In this document: piece after piece, positions 13,601 through 27,529 of the stretch
How the letters are laid out: the number at the start of each line of letters is the position of its first letter
Position numbering within the stretch: the first letter of the stretch is position 1
Assembly: GCA_964016885.1 (NCBI GenBank)
Contig: OZ024742.1
Location: forward strand, 95,232,001 to 95,296,000
Direction: 5' to 3'
DNA: 64,000 nucleotides
Source: Eledone cirrhosa
Taxonomy: Eukaryota
Notes under the pieces: generated by a model
What the model saw: the letters and a program-made list of their open reading frames with translations, nothing else
Database searches by the model: none
What the model was told of the DNA's origin: nothing
Translations under genes and position numbers: made by a program

Positions 13601-16098
13601 ATCTGTTGACGAAACTAGGCCCCTTTGCTGGGTACTTTTAGTGTAGTCCAATCATTTGGAAACATTTCAATCATATTTCTAATCTGAGGATAATTTCATC
13701 CTTTTCCCCCATTAGATTTGGGGATACTGATAAAAGATATTAGCACATGCATTCCTCCGCTGACTAATCCATAAAACTATTTCAATTCACACTCTATTCT
13801 TTTATTTTATGCATAGCCAAATGATTAAGAAGCTTGTTTCAGAATCCCAGGATCTTGAAATTAATCTCCTTGTATGCCATCTTGGGCAAGTGTCAAGTCG
13901 ACCCATGTCTTATGTGTAAATTTGGGTAGTGTGAAAATGTTGGGAATTCCATGAAATGGACTGTATAATTCAAAATATCAACCTTGATACATACTACATT
14001 ATGTTGAATCTCCCTGAGATTTACGTCAATCTCTTTGATACTGACACACCTGAAACTACCTTTGATTTATAACACAACAATACTTGCTTTGACATCTTCA
14101 CACTTAAACAGACCACCCCATCATGATTTTACCTAAGAAATATTTTTTGAGTTGTAATCCAGACATTATCTTAAAAAAAAAAAAGAAAAAATATATATAT
14201 TTTACAAAGGAGTTGAACCTTCACTGAAACAGACAGTGTATTTTAAAGAGGTTAAAGGTGCATATTAAGTCACTTGCATTATAGTACAAGGTAGGCTGTA
14301 TCTATAATCCAAAGGGCTAACCTTGTCTTACACTGTATCACACTGAATATCACAGAAAATTGTGTTAAGGGAATACATTTCTGTAGAATGTTCTGCCATA
14401 TGAACATGAATTTCACAAACAGGATAGGCTTTTGATCAAATTGACTGGAACACACATACTTGTAACCAATTGATGTCTATCCCATCACTCTCTTCCATTT
14501 TAAACTACTATCATCCAACCCATTATTTTAATGCTTCCAGGCATTAGACTGTGAACATGCTGGAGCACCATGCTAAAAGGATTCAGTCAATCATATTGAT
14601 CCCAGTAATCATTTGGTCAAGTTTGCTATTTATTGTATCAATCTCTTTTTGTCAAACCTCTAAGCTACAAGGCATAACCATAGACACATACACACACATA
14701 CACACACACATGCACACACACATTTTCATTCTACCAAATTTCACTCACATGATATTGGTCAGTCTGAGGTTATTGATTATGGAGTTGTTCAAAGTGCCAC
14801 GCAGTTGGGATGAATCTAAAACCATGTTATTGCAAAGCAAATTCCTTAACCATGCAGCCATAACTATGCTCCTCCATCTCACATTTACATGATATTATGA
14901 TCAACTGTCCCTCTAATTCTTCAGAACTACAAAGCAGAACGTTTGATGATTTGAGCAAAAATATTTCAAATTCAATGCTACTGCCTGATAACATTAAAAA
15001 GCTACCGAGCAGAAACATTTTGTTGTATGCTATGCCAATACTGCAACTGCACAACCATGCACTCACACAGCTTAGAAGGAGCATTAGTTATGATGTATTG
15101 CCATTGAAATCAGCTGTATGGTACAGCATAAGTCAGACAGCTTGAATTAAAAATAAAACATTATTTTTGAACCAAACAGGAAAATGCTGTCAGATTTTTG
15201 TGTTTAAAGTAATGTTTGCCTCTGGTTTCTTCATCTTGTGTTATCTATGGTCTATCTAGGAAGTTTTCTAAACTTTCCTGTCTTAAAATACTTTTACATC
15301 TTATTTAACAAGGCGTTCTGGATCAACATGTCTGACTCCAGTGGCAAAATAACAACAACAACAACAACAATAATATTGATGATGATAATGATTGTGTTGG
15401 TTGTGGTTTTCCACAAGATTTTGTTGGTGATGATGATAGATGTGTGGGTGGTGGTGATGATAGTACTAGTGAAAATAGTTTTAATGATGGCAGTGGTGAT
15501 GAATGATAGTGTTGATGACAATACTTGTGGTGGTGATGATTATGATGATAGCAATATCTTTCACAGCTGCAAGCTGCACAAAGAAACATTACATTACCAG
15601 AAAATTCCAGTAGAACAATACAAATTATAATTTTTTTTTTCTAAAATGCCTTCTTCAAATCATCTGTTGATGATCTGAAATCTATACCAATAACATCGAT
15701 CTACAACATCAATCCATCAGAATTACATTCATAATTAATTTTAGCAAAACATTGATATTAACACAAGTCTCATCAGTCGAAAATGAAAAATCATGTACAA
15801 ATTTTCACCAGTAATAATACATGTATGTATGCATATATGTGTGTGTATGTATGTATGTACATGTGTGTAGGTAGGTGGCTATATCTGGGTAAGTATGTAA
15901 ACGTGACAACACAATGAGTGGAATAACATAAAAATACACATATGCATATACAAATACATAAGCACACATACATACACACACACACACAATCAATATGTTA
16001 AATAAATAATCCAACAAATAGAATCTCATAAAAAAATACATATCATCATCATCATATATATATGCATGTGGGTGTATACACACACACACACATGCACG

Positions 16099-16148
<50 letters not shown>

Positions 16149-17469
16149 CATATACATATATTCATGTATGTGTGTGTGCATATATATAATACAAACACTG
16201 TTGAAATAAACAAAAGCAATATAAAAAATCCAAAACTCACAAAAAATTGCATAAAAAGCATAGACACACACGAAACCACATGCTTGGTTATATAATTTGC
16301 CATGCCATTGTGAAGTCTTTATTTGGTATTTGGGGTTAGTTTGGGGCGTTTTTTTTTTATTGTTTTTCTATGAATTTGTAGAAAACCAATTTACAGAGGT
16401 CTACTTTCCAACCCCGGAAAATTGGTAAATATGCACATCACATGCTATTAGGCTATAAATTAGCTGTAAGGAGCAAGGAATTGACAAACGGTGTAGGTTT
16501 GGTGCAGGGTAGAGGATATATTGAACAAAATGTCTTTGGTCTTTGAAAGCTGTGTTAAGTGCTTTCTAATATTGGACAAGGTGGTGCATTTGCAGAATCA
16601 TTAGAACATCACAGAGAAAGCTTGTGGTATCCATTTTGGCTCTCTGCTTTCTAAGTTCAAATTCTGTTGAAGTCAACTTTGCCTTTCATCCTATCAAGTT
16701 TGATAAATAAAGTACCGATCCAGTACTGGGTTTGATTCTTTCTCACCTTTATCTATCTATCTATCTATCTATCCCTTCATCTATCCAGCACCCCCCTCTC
16801 TCTCACACACAGAAATTTTAAACATGAAAAACTCTGCAAGGATTGGTTGAAGAAAGAGATTCTTGAAAAATGACATTGATTTTGTTCTGTGTTTCTTAAT
16901 TATTAACAGCTACATTACACTTGGATGATTGCAACATTAAGTTTCCTTCATCTATGTCAATATGCATGCATCTGTAGGTCTTTATGTGTGTCTGTGTGCA
17001 AAGCTGGCACTACCATTAAGGCCAAATAGGCAGTTGCCTAGTACACAGATGTTACAGAGATGCATTAGTGAACCTAATATAATTAAATACATGATGATAT
17101 CCTGCAGTCAATACATTTATTGCTAAACCTCTTTGACACATAGGAGTAGTGCATAAAGTCATATACTGTTATGACCTGAAATATAATTTAACAATGGTGA
17201 ATATGGACTGTGAATTGGAAAATGTTGGCTTAATAATTTTCATAGTGTGATCAGAGCAAGAAATCTAAAAAACTGTTCATCAGATTGTCAAAGAGATTAG
17301 ATGGATCATCACAGACCAAGTCAGTACTTAACTGGAGCTAATATCTTTTCAGGTATGCAAGTGTCTTCATCGTGATTACATTGATCCTGCACTCTATAGA
17401 GAGTACTGTGGGCATCAATACTAGAGTGAAAAATGTTCCATGACTGAAGAGTCCTTTCAACACATTTAG

Positions 17470-17588
17470 CATATTCAAATCCCGTCAAGGTTAACTTTGC
17501 CTTTCATCCTTACGGGGTCGATAAAATAAAGTACCAGTAATGTACTGGGTAATTGTTGGCCTTGTGCCAAAAGTAGAAACAATTATAT
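17470..17588 (+). mobile_element. SINE family 1 (3' part)
   Basis: ttcaaatcccgtcaaggttaactttgcctttcatccttacggggtcgataaaataaagtaccag. Confidence 0.8.
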
Positions 17589-18012
17589 AACTGAAAACCA
17601 TTTCTAATACCAACCAGTTTACAGAGTTTACTGACTTGATTTATTTTTTGTGGAACCAGCACTAAGGAGGTTGTTATTGACTCAACTAAAGAGACATCTC
17701 TCACTGAGGTGGGAAATAATAGAGACACAAAAAGAATGCTAGTGGCAATGTCCTGGAGATGGAAAGAGGGAGTGATTATGATATCATGGCTAAACATATG
17801 GATGCATATACCTAATTTAACATGGTAAGAGCTGCCATAGTCTCTTGGCTTAATGGTTCAAAGCACCTAACCAGTATAACCGAGAGGTAGAAATTTTCTC
17901 ACACCAATTGATCGTAACTTCTTTTTCCATCACTAAATGTCTTTACCCTATTTCATAAACTATTTTATAGCATCTCTGCATATGAGCAAACCACATATAT
18001 ATATATATATAT

Positions 18013-18280
18013 AGTGACGAAATATAAGTCAATTGCATGAACTCATAATCCTTTATTTACTGCTATATATATTTCGATGATAGCCATTGAATGACTATGA
18101 CCTCATCAGGCAGTTAGTCAGTTCTTAGATATGCCAGCTCTGTGTTTATAGTGTTGATGGTACCAGAGCCTTGGGACATATGATCTTGTTAGGAATAATT
18201 TAATGTTGTCAGCAGGAATAGTCTTGATTCTCATTGGTCAGTTTGTAGATGGTAGTAGGGTTGGTATTTGACCTCAAAGT
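18013..18280 (-). mobile_element. Solo Penelope pLTR-like fragment between (TA)n tracts
   Basis: Minus strand order: TATAAA, hammerhead, AATAAA; TA on both sides. Confidence 0.6.
18059..18114 (-). ncRNA. Type I hammerhead ribozyme, canonical core
   Basis: actgc-CTGATGA-ggtcatagtcat tca atggctatcatc-GAAA-tatata-TA-gcagt; 5-bp stem I, ~11-bp stem II, palindromic stem III. Confidence 0.85.
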
Positions 18281-19202
18281 TATATATATATATGTGTGTG
18301 TGTATACATATATATTTATATATTTGTATATGCACATGTATGTATATAAGTATATTTAATCTTTAATATTAGTCTAAGACAAGTTATCAAACTGTAAATA
18401 CTTATTATGACATTTCTTGTAAATTTTTAAATTTTCAGAATCATCTTATTGCGTAAAGTAATAATATAAAGAAATACATACATAAATGATTGATATTATT
18501 TGATTTGACACACACTTCAAGTTTACAGAGGAGGGAAATGGCACATTACGATGTTAATTTTATTCGCAAGGATATTATTAACTCTTAACATCTTGTACTG
18601 CATGAAACCACATTAGCAAAACATTCTTGAAAAGTCTAAAACAGTATTGTGACTGGTCACATTAAAAATTAAAATCTTTACTGTAATGCTGTAAATTTTC
18701 ACAGCAATAATATAAACATGTGTAAGCAAAGATACTATAAACTAACAAATTAGCTTTTAGAAATTTTTACTAAATCATTACAGGATGTTAACAATTAAGT
18801 CTTACATTTCTGTACCCCTTGAAACAAAATCAGCAAAACATTCTTGAAAAGTAGAAAACATTACTGTTACTAGATCATTAATGTTCATTAGTAAACATAC
18901 TATAAACATTTGAATTAATAAGGCAGATCTTTTAGATGTTTACTTCTATATTATTACATGGTTTCAAGAAGTAATTTGATAAAACAAATTCCCTAGTGTT
19001 GGTGCTACAATAAAATGCACCCAGTGCATTCTGTAAAAAGATTGGTGATAGAAAAGGCATCCAGCTATAGAACCCATGCCAAAATGGAATGTCTGTGAGA
19101 CATGACCTATAGCTCATCTAGGAAGACAACAATGCCAATTGATTTGGTCAGTGGCAACCAGTCCAAACTATGCTAGCAAGGAAAAACAGACATTAAATTA
19201 CG

Positions 19203-19287
<85 letters not shown>

Positions 19288-19416
19288 GTGTATAATGGTA
19301 GCTATGGTGCTTCCATAGGCGGTATGTCAAAATTACCACTCGATATTCAGCAGAGTAGAGTGTAGATAGTATAAAGAAAACGAAAAATCAGTGATGCATT
19401 TGGACTTAATTAATTG

Positions 19417-19507
19417 CGTGTTACAATTGTTTCGCCGGCAGGTAGCTCGAGACATGGTCCCTGTATGAATCTGGCTGATTCTACGGCTGCATGTTCTTTC
19501 AGACACG
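19417..19507 (-). ncRNA. Hammerhead motif with long stem II
   Basis: cgtgt-CTGAAAGA-(~60 nt with gcag/ctgc and gtag/ctac pairings)-GAAA-caattg-TA-acacg. Confidence 0.55.
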
Positions 19508-20093
19508 GAGCAAATTTTATCATTGGAGTGTTATCATCAAAACACACGCTCAAAAAATCCTCTTCCACTCTTGTCATGCCAGTGGCTGTTTTTACTCCAC
19601 GTCATCACAAGTTCTGGTCAGTATTTACTGCCACACGGGTCATCAGCCATTTTCCGTCCGACACACTTCAATGAAGTCATGCTGGGTTCAGCATCTCACA
19701 CGTATGTTCACACTCCAGAGTAAGCACCCACACACAAATATACACACACATGCAGACTCAGACACATTCGTGCATACACACACGTACGCCTACATGCGTA
19801 GACACCCCCCCACATACATACATATATGTATATATATACACACATGCTCTCCCTCACTTCCACGGACCCAGTCACACCCATTGTAGATACATATCGCCAC
19901 AAGCCTTATAACAGCTGCTTAAGTCGCGCCATATATCCGGTCGGACAAGCATGACCTACGCAAACATACACATATATACACACATACGCGCGCACACATA
20001 CATACGCACAACCCTTATATACATTTATATATATACACACACTCATACACACACATATATACATTCACATATACATACACGTACATACATATG

Positions 20094-20197
<104 letters not shown>

Positions 20198-20603
20198 TAC
20201 ATACATACACGTATATATACTCACACATGCCCACGCATACATACAAAATACACATACGTACATAAAATTACATACAAACATACATACACACACATATATA
20301 TATATACAAAAAACAACCTAACATGCATACGCACACCCACACATATATATACATATACATACACACATGCAGACATATATACATCTACATATGCATACAC
20401 ACACGTGCTGCCACATGCAGACACATGCACATATGCATATTTGCTTATACACACATGTGCCTCCACATATACATATATAAACAAAACCGTGAATTAAAAA
20501 TACATTATATAATAAAAAACACAATATACCATAAAATAACGGTAAGATACCATAACATAAAATATAAAATATAAAATATAAAGTATCAATATATTATACA
20601 ATA

Positions 20604-20652
<49 letters not shown>

Positions 20653-20862
20653 CACACATATACACACATTCATACATACATATGCGGATATATACAAAGG
20701 ATATATGATAAAGTGATACAAAAAGAATAATAGTAATAAAATGCATATATACTCCATATATAATCATCCGTACACATTCCTGTGAGATGCACATAAACAC
20801 ATACATGTATGCACAAATGCACATACACACATATAGATGCCCACATATGCATACACCCGCAC

Positions 20863-20902
<40 letters not shown>

Positions 20903-21068
20903 CTACTCATACGTAGCTATACGTAGTTATACGTACATACGCACACATGTATAGATATACATACATATATGATGATGGCTGCCCCCTCGTTATCGAGTAT
21001 GGCCATTGCACGAGAAACAAAAAAAACAAAAAAATAATAATAATAAATAAAAATAAAATAAAAAAGAG

Positions 21069-21115
<47 letters not shown>

Positions 21116-21118
21116 CAT

Positions 21119-21165
<47 letters not shown>

Positions 21166-21289
21166 TACATTAATAACAATAATAATAATAATAACAACAA
21201 TAATAATAACGACAACAACAATAATAATATACATATACATATATATATACACACACACGCACACACATAAGCATATCTACACACACACA

Positions 21290-24200
21290 CGATAGCAACT
21301 AACAGCACTGCGATCGAATGTGGCTTTTTAGCCGAGGCAATGATCTAAAACGTCTTGCACAGAGTCGGCAACCAAAACATTCACTGGGAATAGTCGGCTG
21401 TGGTTGGAGTTCGTGTACTTTTGCATGTCGCTTGAGCCCTCCTGCTGATTTACATTCTCTACCACATGTTTGGCAAGCATGATGAGTAGCATCTCCAACA
21501 GCAGCCTGGTAGTCAACCACTGGTCTTTCTTTATGACTGCGAAGATGACTTTCGAGTCCAGCTTTGCTTAGGCAGAGTCTCGCACATACGCTGCATGTCA
21601 GCACCATAGGAGGACCCTCGCCGTCTGGAAGTGCAACAGCAATGCCCGTCCTCACATCCCGCTTTACTTTCTCGTATGCGATTCGAGATGCCACAAAGGC
21701 AACTTTTCCCTCATATACAGTCTTTCTCCATTTATTACGATCAGCAGCAATATTCTCTCATGTATCAGCAGAGATGTTAGCGTCTTTCAGAGAGGCTTTC
21801 AAGGAATCCGTATACCTCTTTTTTGGTTTATGTGGCGGTCGTTTTCCTTTTACCAACTCTCCATAAAAGAGTTGTTTTGGTATTCTAGAATCCTTCATCC
21901 TGGCAAGGTGACCACTCCAACGGAGTCGTTGCTTAAGCACAAGAGCTTCTATACTGTCACACATAGAGCTTTCCAAAATCTCGACATCACTGATGTGGTC
22001 CCTCCAGTGAACGCCATGGATCCGTCTGAGACACATCTGATGGAAACGCTCCAATTGCTTAAGGTGGTGTCGATATGTGACCCAGGTCTCGCAGGCATAA
22101 AGAAGACAAGAGAGCACACATGCCCTGTACACCTTTACCTTTGTCCTCCTGCATATGTCTCGCCGACCCCAGAGTCGCCTTTCTAGCTTTCCGAAAGCAT
22201 CACTTGCTTTCCTAATCCTAAGTGAGATTTCACTGTCAAGGTTGCCGTATCGATTGACAGTGCTTCCCAGGTAGACAAACTGATCAACCACTCCAAGTCG
22301 TTTGCCATACACATAGATGTTTGGTTCAGTGTACTGCTTACCAAGGGAAGGTTGGTATATGACGACGGTTTTCTTGAGACTGACAGTCAGACCTAGGGCA
22401 GTGCAAGCGTCAGAAAATGCATTCAAAATGTGCTGCATATCACTCACTGTGTGCGCTACAAGATCGCAATCATCTGCATACAAGAGGTCTCTTATGATTG
22501 ATGTAAACACTTTTGTCTTCGCAGCAAAGCGCCTGATGTTAAATATGCTGCCCGAGGTTCGATATCGGATGTAAACACCATGCTCGCAATTCCTGAATGC
22601 AATACAGAAAACCATTGCAAAGTATATGGCAAACAGGGTCGGTGCTGGAATATCCCCCTGCTTCACTCCATTTTTTACTGAGATAGGCTCCGACATGTTA
22701 CCCCCGACATTAACCTAAGCCTTCATGTCGTCATGGAAAGACGTAACTAAAGCAAGGAACTTATTAGGGCAACCAAGTTTCTGGAGAACCTTCCATAATG
22801 CATCTCTGTTAACAGTATCGAAAGCTTTTGTCAGATCGACAAAAACCTGATACAGATCCAAGCCTTGTTCCATGCACTTCTCCTGGAGCTGTCTAGCTGA
22901 GAAGATCATATCAGTAGTGCCGCGTCCAGCACGAAAACCAGATTGACTTTCAGGAAGAACACAATCTGCAATGTGTGTCAGCAGACGGTCCAGAAGCACC
23001 CTACGTAAAACTTTCCCTACGACAGAAAGCAATGATATACCTCTGTAGTTCCCACAATCGTTCCTGTTACCCTTTCCCCTGTACAAGACCACCACCATCA
23101 CTGCATCTCTCCACTCCTCAGGTACGGATTCATTAGCCCATATCCTGACAAACAAAGAGTGAAGATGTTGCAGGAATCTCTCACCACCAAATTGTAGGAG
23201 CTCAGCATGTATGCTATCCATACCTGGAGATCTTCCACTGTTCAGCTTCGAAATAGCCACTGCAACCTCCACAAGCGTCAGAGGTTCTGCGAGAGCTACT
23301 TTCACAGGACTTTCTGGAATGAGATTGAGGAAATCTTCACTGACGACAGACGGCTGATTCAAAAGATCATCAAAGTGCTCTCGCCACCTTCGTAGAATTC
23401 CTTGTGAGTCACGAAGAAGTTCTTTGCCATCCTTGCTGCGAAGCGGTGTCACCAGAGAAGAAGACGGTCCATAAACCTCACGCAAGAGACTGTACAACAG
23501 CTTTGTATTATTGGAATCAGACGCAGTTTGTATCTCACCAGCCTTCTCACTCCACCACTGATCCTTCATCTGAGAAAGACTCCGTGATTTTACATCCCTG
23601 AGTTCCTCATGCAACGTATTCCTCTCCTGTGGTTTTGCCGTCAAGTAGCGTGACAGAGTACGCCTCTTATCAGCCAACAAGTCTTCTATATGTACATCAT
23701 TCTCATCAAACCAGTCCTGATGTTTCCTCTGCGCCAATCCCAGAACACGCCTGCCTACATCATAAACCGACTTTTTAAGGGTCGGCCAATCCTCACCAAG
23801 ATCTGCAGCCTGCATCACTTCTTCCAATGTCCTCTTCACATTTTTATCCTTAAGACGAGCAGCATTCAATCTTTTGGGCAGGGCAACACCAGGAGCCCGG
23901 TTTAGTTTCACTTTTGCGCGTACCAGGCGGTGGTCCGTCCAGCTCCACGAAGAACACGAACACACTGCACATCCTGTCTGTCACGCATCCTGACTAGGAC
24001 GTAGTCCAAAAGATGCCATTCCTTAGATGCAGGATGCATCCATGTGGTCTTGAATTTGTTCTTTTGTTGGAACATGGTGTTGATAACACACAGATCCAGC
24101 TCCTCACACGTCTGCAGCAGGAGCATACCATTGCTGTTACACTTTCCCACCCCATGCCTTCCGATTACATTCCATGTGTTAAAATCTCTACCCACGCTAG

Positions 24201-24859
24201 CATTAAAGTCACCAAGCACGATGACTTTGTCTGCCTGAGGGATATTTCTTATAACACCTTTCAAGGCATGGTAAAAGGATATCTTTTCCTCATCGACATA
24301 ACTCATAGTTGGAGCATACACACTCACCAGGGTAGCATATCTTCCCTTGTCCAGCGGAACTCTCATGGACATAAGACGCTCACTAATCCCTACTGGGAAT
24401 TCTTCTAATTTGTTCACAAGCACAGTCTTAACAGCAAATCCTACCCCAGCCTCTCTTCTGGTTCCTTCATCTCTTCCTTTCCAGAAGAATGTATATTCTC
24501 CCCAAAATTCCGTAAGATGACCATCTCCAGCTAGCCTCGTCTCAGATAAAGCCACGATGTCAAGATCGCAACGTCGAAGCTCCTTTGCAACAAGAGCGGT
24601 CCTTCGTTCAGGACGCCCCAAGGAATCCCTGTCAAGCAGCGTCCGTACGTTCCAGCAGCCAAGACTAAATGCCTTGTTTGGCTCTATTACAATGGCACGA
24701 TGACGAGCGGGCCCAGGCTGTGATAACCTGGGGCCCCTGCCCTTATTGCCAATGATCTTTTTTGTTCCAGAACCTAAATTGCCAATTATCTCTTTTATAT
24801 TGTTCTGGAACATCATTGACTTGGAAAAAAAAAAAAAAAAAAAAAAAAAAGTAATAATA

Positions 24860-24910
<51 letters not shown>

Positions 24911-25215
24911 GTACACTATTAATGATTATTAATGCACTCGTGCAATGCCTGTGCGTGACGAATATTTTTAAAGTGAGGAAAGACTGTACACTGAGCCAAT
25001 CCCACTCTCTGAGCGACAGTTGCTATAACCCGAAAAGAAGAAAAGATCAACATCATCGGTAACTACTGAGCCGCAGGTTCTATGTCGGAGTTAACCCAGT
25101 TTCCTGAGATGCCTTCTCCTAGAAGAATGCCCTGACAAGGGCTAGGGGTTCTTCACTCCCAATGGTTTAACTGCGCGATCGGGCATCCAGCCCGATTATT
25201 TCTGTCCCCGCGCGC
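21290..25215 (-). mobile_element. Near full-length RTE LINE including GC-richer 5' UTR
   Basis: ORF above plus 24910-25215 UTR (hairpin atcgggc/gcccgat, ctaggagaaggc motif); lies within a CA/TA microsatellite field. Confidence 0.85.
21299..24816 (-). pseudogene. RTE (BovB-like) LINE polyprotein: APE endonuclease, RT, three C2H2 fingers; frameshift and stops
   Basis: WNVRTL, VALSETR, VSVYAPT, LGDFNA, TWMHP..HLLDYVL; NYRGISLL, QSGFR, FVDLTKAFD; GVKQG, LLYADD, YLG, RLRWSGHLAR; CxxC..H..H x3. Confidence 0.93.
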
Positions 25216-25348
25216 AAAAAAAAAAAAAAAAAAAAAAAATCACTTATTGACAATTATACGTACGACATACACACACGCGCATACATATGCGCGCACACAG
25301 CAACACTCATACATACAAACAAACACACACACGCTACTCTACTCACTT

Positions 25349-25383
<35 letters not shown>

Positions 25384-25489
25384 CTACCGTCATTACTGAT
25401 ACAAGATTACAAGATTATGTCAACTGTTGACTTTCAAGAGTTTGTATAGTTGAAGCCGATCGTACTACAGTCCAGTATTATTATAATTG

Positions 25490-25615
25490 CTTTACAGCAT
25501 AGAGTCACGGCCCTCCACGTTCTGAGCTCAAATCCCGCCGAGATCAACCTTGCCTTTCTTCCCCACGGAGTCAACAGAAGAGAGTACCAGTGATGCGCTG
25601 GGCCAGTCGCTGGAT
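25490..25615 (+). mobile_element. SINE family 1 variant fragment
   Basis: tctgagctcaaatcccgccgagatcaaccttgcctttc..gtaccagtgatg. Confidence 0.65.
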
Positions 25616-26350
25616 CCGTGCCATATATACACACATATATATATACATATATACACACACACTCTGCCACATATTTACATACATGCATCTGTCTGCACAT
25701 ACACGCGCTCATAAGCTCATGCATACACGCACCGATGCCCATATACACACCCCCGTACACACCCACGTATATATATATATAAATCTACACACACACACAC
25801 ACACATACATATACCTACGCACAGGTCCACACATAAAAACACGCGAATATAAACACAATAGTATAATAAAATACAACAAAATAAATAAATAAATTTACAA
25901 TATTTTAGGATACACTAAAATCTGTATGTAACTTCATAAATAGGTATATGAAAAAAGTGGTAAAATAAAAAAACGGGGGGGGGTGGGAGGGGGTCAGGAG
26001 AAGGTGCGTGTATCCATGTGATATACTACACACAGGTAGTATGAGGTGCAAACTTGTGTCCGTATATAGAACAGGTAACAGTAACAGAACAATAATAGAA
26101 CAATAATGACAGTAATAATCATTGTTCCAAAGTGTAACAGGTGGAGAGCATATAGTCACGATTGACAGGGTACATATTCAAGGGGACGCCCGGCCCGGTC
26201 GCCATGGAGCATGGCACCGTGGCTGGGGAGTGCTGTTCTATATGTTTGGGGCATCGGACCGGGCGGCACTGAGCCCCGTGTTAGCCGGTCCCGGCCCATG
26301 CGATGTATCTTCTGATGTTGTGTGCTCGGTCAGGTGCGCCCCTGGTTTAC

Positions 26351-27135
26351 TTATGTTTGCCTCACGGGTCGCACACCGTCATCATGGCATGGCGTCAGGT
26401 CCCCTAATCCCGTTGGGCCAATCGGGTCTGTGGGTACCCGTTCCCATGCCCCCTGAGGATTCCATGCTGCAAATGTGCATCTTCTCTGGTGTCTGCAGGT
26501 CATGATAATTTCAGACTTCAGGTTGACGGCGTCATCCTTCAGTCTGACTATCTCCATGGCCTCGTGTAGGCATAATCGGCACTTTCTACTTCCGACCGAA
26601 TATGCCCTCGCGTTGCGAGCGATACTCTATCCCAGGGCGTACGGAGTGCCTTGCTCTTTCAGGTCCCACACCAGGTCCGCTAACCTAGTGGAGTGCCTTT
26701 TGCTACGGTCCCTGAAGGAATTTGTGTGATTATACATCCGCGATTTAAAGGTCGTGGATGTTGCACCGATGTAGGTGTGATGCGCGTTTTGGGTTGTAAC
26801 CACACACTTGTATATTAAGTCCTTCATCAAGCATTTTCCCTATAGGGGGTACCGGGTGCCCGCTCTACAGTTACAAGTTCTGCTGTCAGTTCTTATGCAT
26901 CCGATGTCCGGGCCTCGATCTGTTATGGCCCTCTCAAGGTTCTCAGGGTATTGTACCGCCGACACTGTTGTCTTCCCCATGGCACTATTTCCCTCTCGGG
27001 GGCCGGGTTGTCATTTGAGGGCCGGTCCCAAGGTGATTCTCCGCGCTCTGAAATACGGTCACTCTGTCGCCGCGGTTGACGGCCAGTGTGCGCCATTTTC
27101 ACCGCGTTAGTTTTAGCCATGTAGTCGGCCATATA
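26351..27135 (-). pseudogene. Penelope-like element C-terminus: Cys-rich linker + GIY-YIG endonuclease (in-frame stops)
   Basis: RTCNCRAGTRYPL*GKCLMKDLIYKC..HTYIGATSTTFKSRMYNH..STRLADLVWDLK..KCRLCLHE..NLKSEIIMTCRH. Confidence 0.85.
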
Positions 27136-27306
27136 TGTGTCGGACGCAAAATCGCTGATGACCCGTGTGGCAGTAAATACTGACCAGAACTTGTGATGAC
27201 GTGGAGTAAAAACAGCCACTGGCATGACAAGAGTGGAAGAGGGTTTAATGAGCGTGTTTTTTTATGATAACACCCCAATGATCAAATTTGCTCCGAACGA
27301 AATACC

Positions 27307-27397
27307 CGTGTCTGAAAGAACATGCAGCCGTAGAATCAGCCAGATCCATACAGGGACCATGTCTCGAGCTACCTGCCGGCGAAACAATTGTAACTCG
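27307..27397 (+). ncRNA. Hammerhead motif with long stem II (inverted pLTR copy)
   Basis: cgtgt-CTGAAAGA-..-GAAA-caattg-TA-actcg; one stem I mismatch. Confidence 0.5.
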
Positions 27398-27529
27398 CAA
27401 TAAATTAAGTCCAGATGCATCACTCACTTTTCGTTTTCTTTATACTATATATATATACACACCAAACAAATCAATATGCCATGAGTGTTTGCATATTAAT
27501 TTACATATATTTGGGCAGAAATACTATAA

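Noticed and set aside
14897-15145. 82-aa ORF as host exon
   Set aside because: No motif and no convincing splice pair
26600-26860. Selenocysteine read-through in the Penelope ORF
   Set aside because: The in-frame stops seen are TAG, not TGA at Cys positions
27150-27220. CTGATGA as a further hammerhead
   Set aside because: No properly placed GAAA/NUH or stem II
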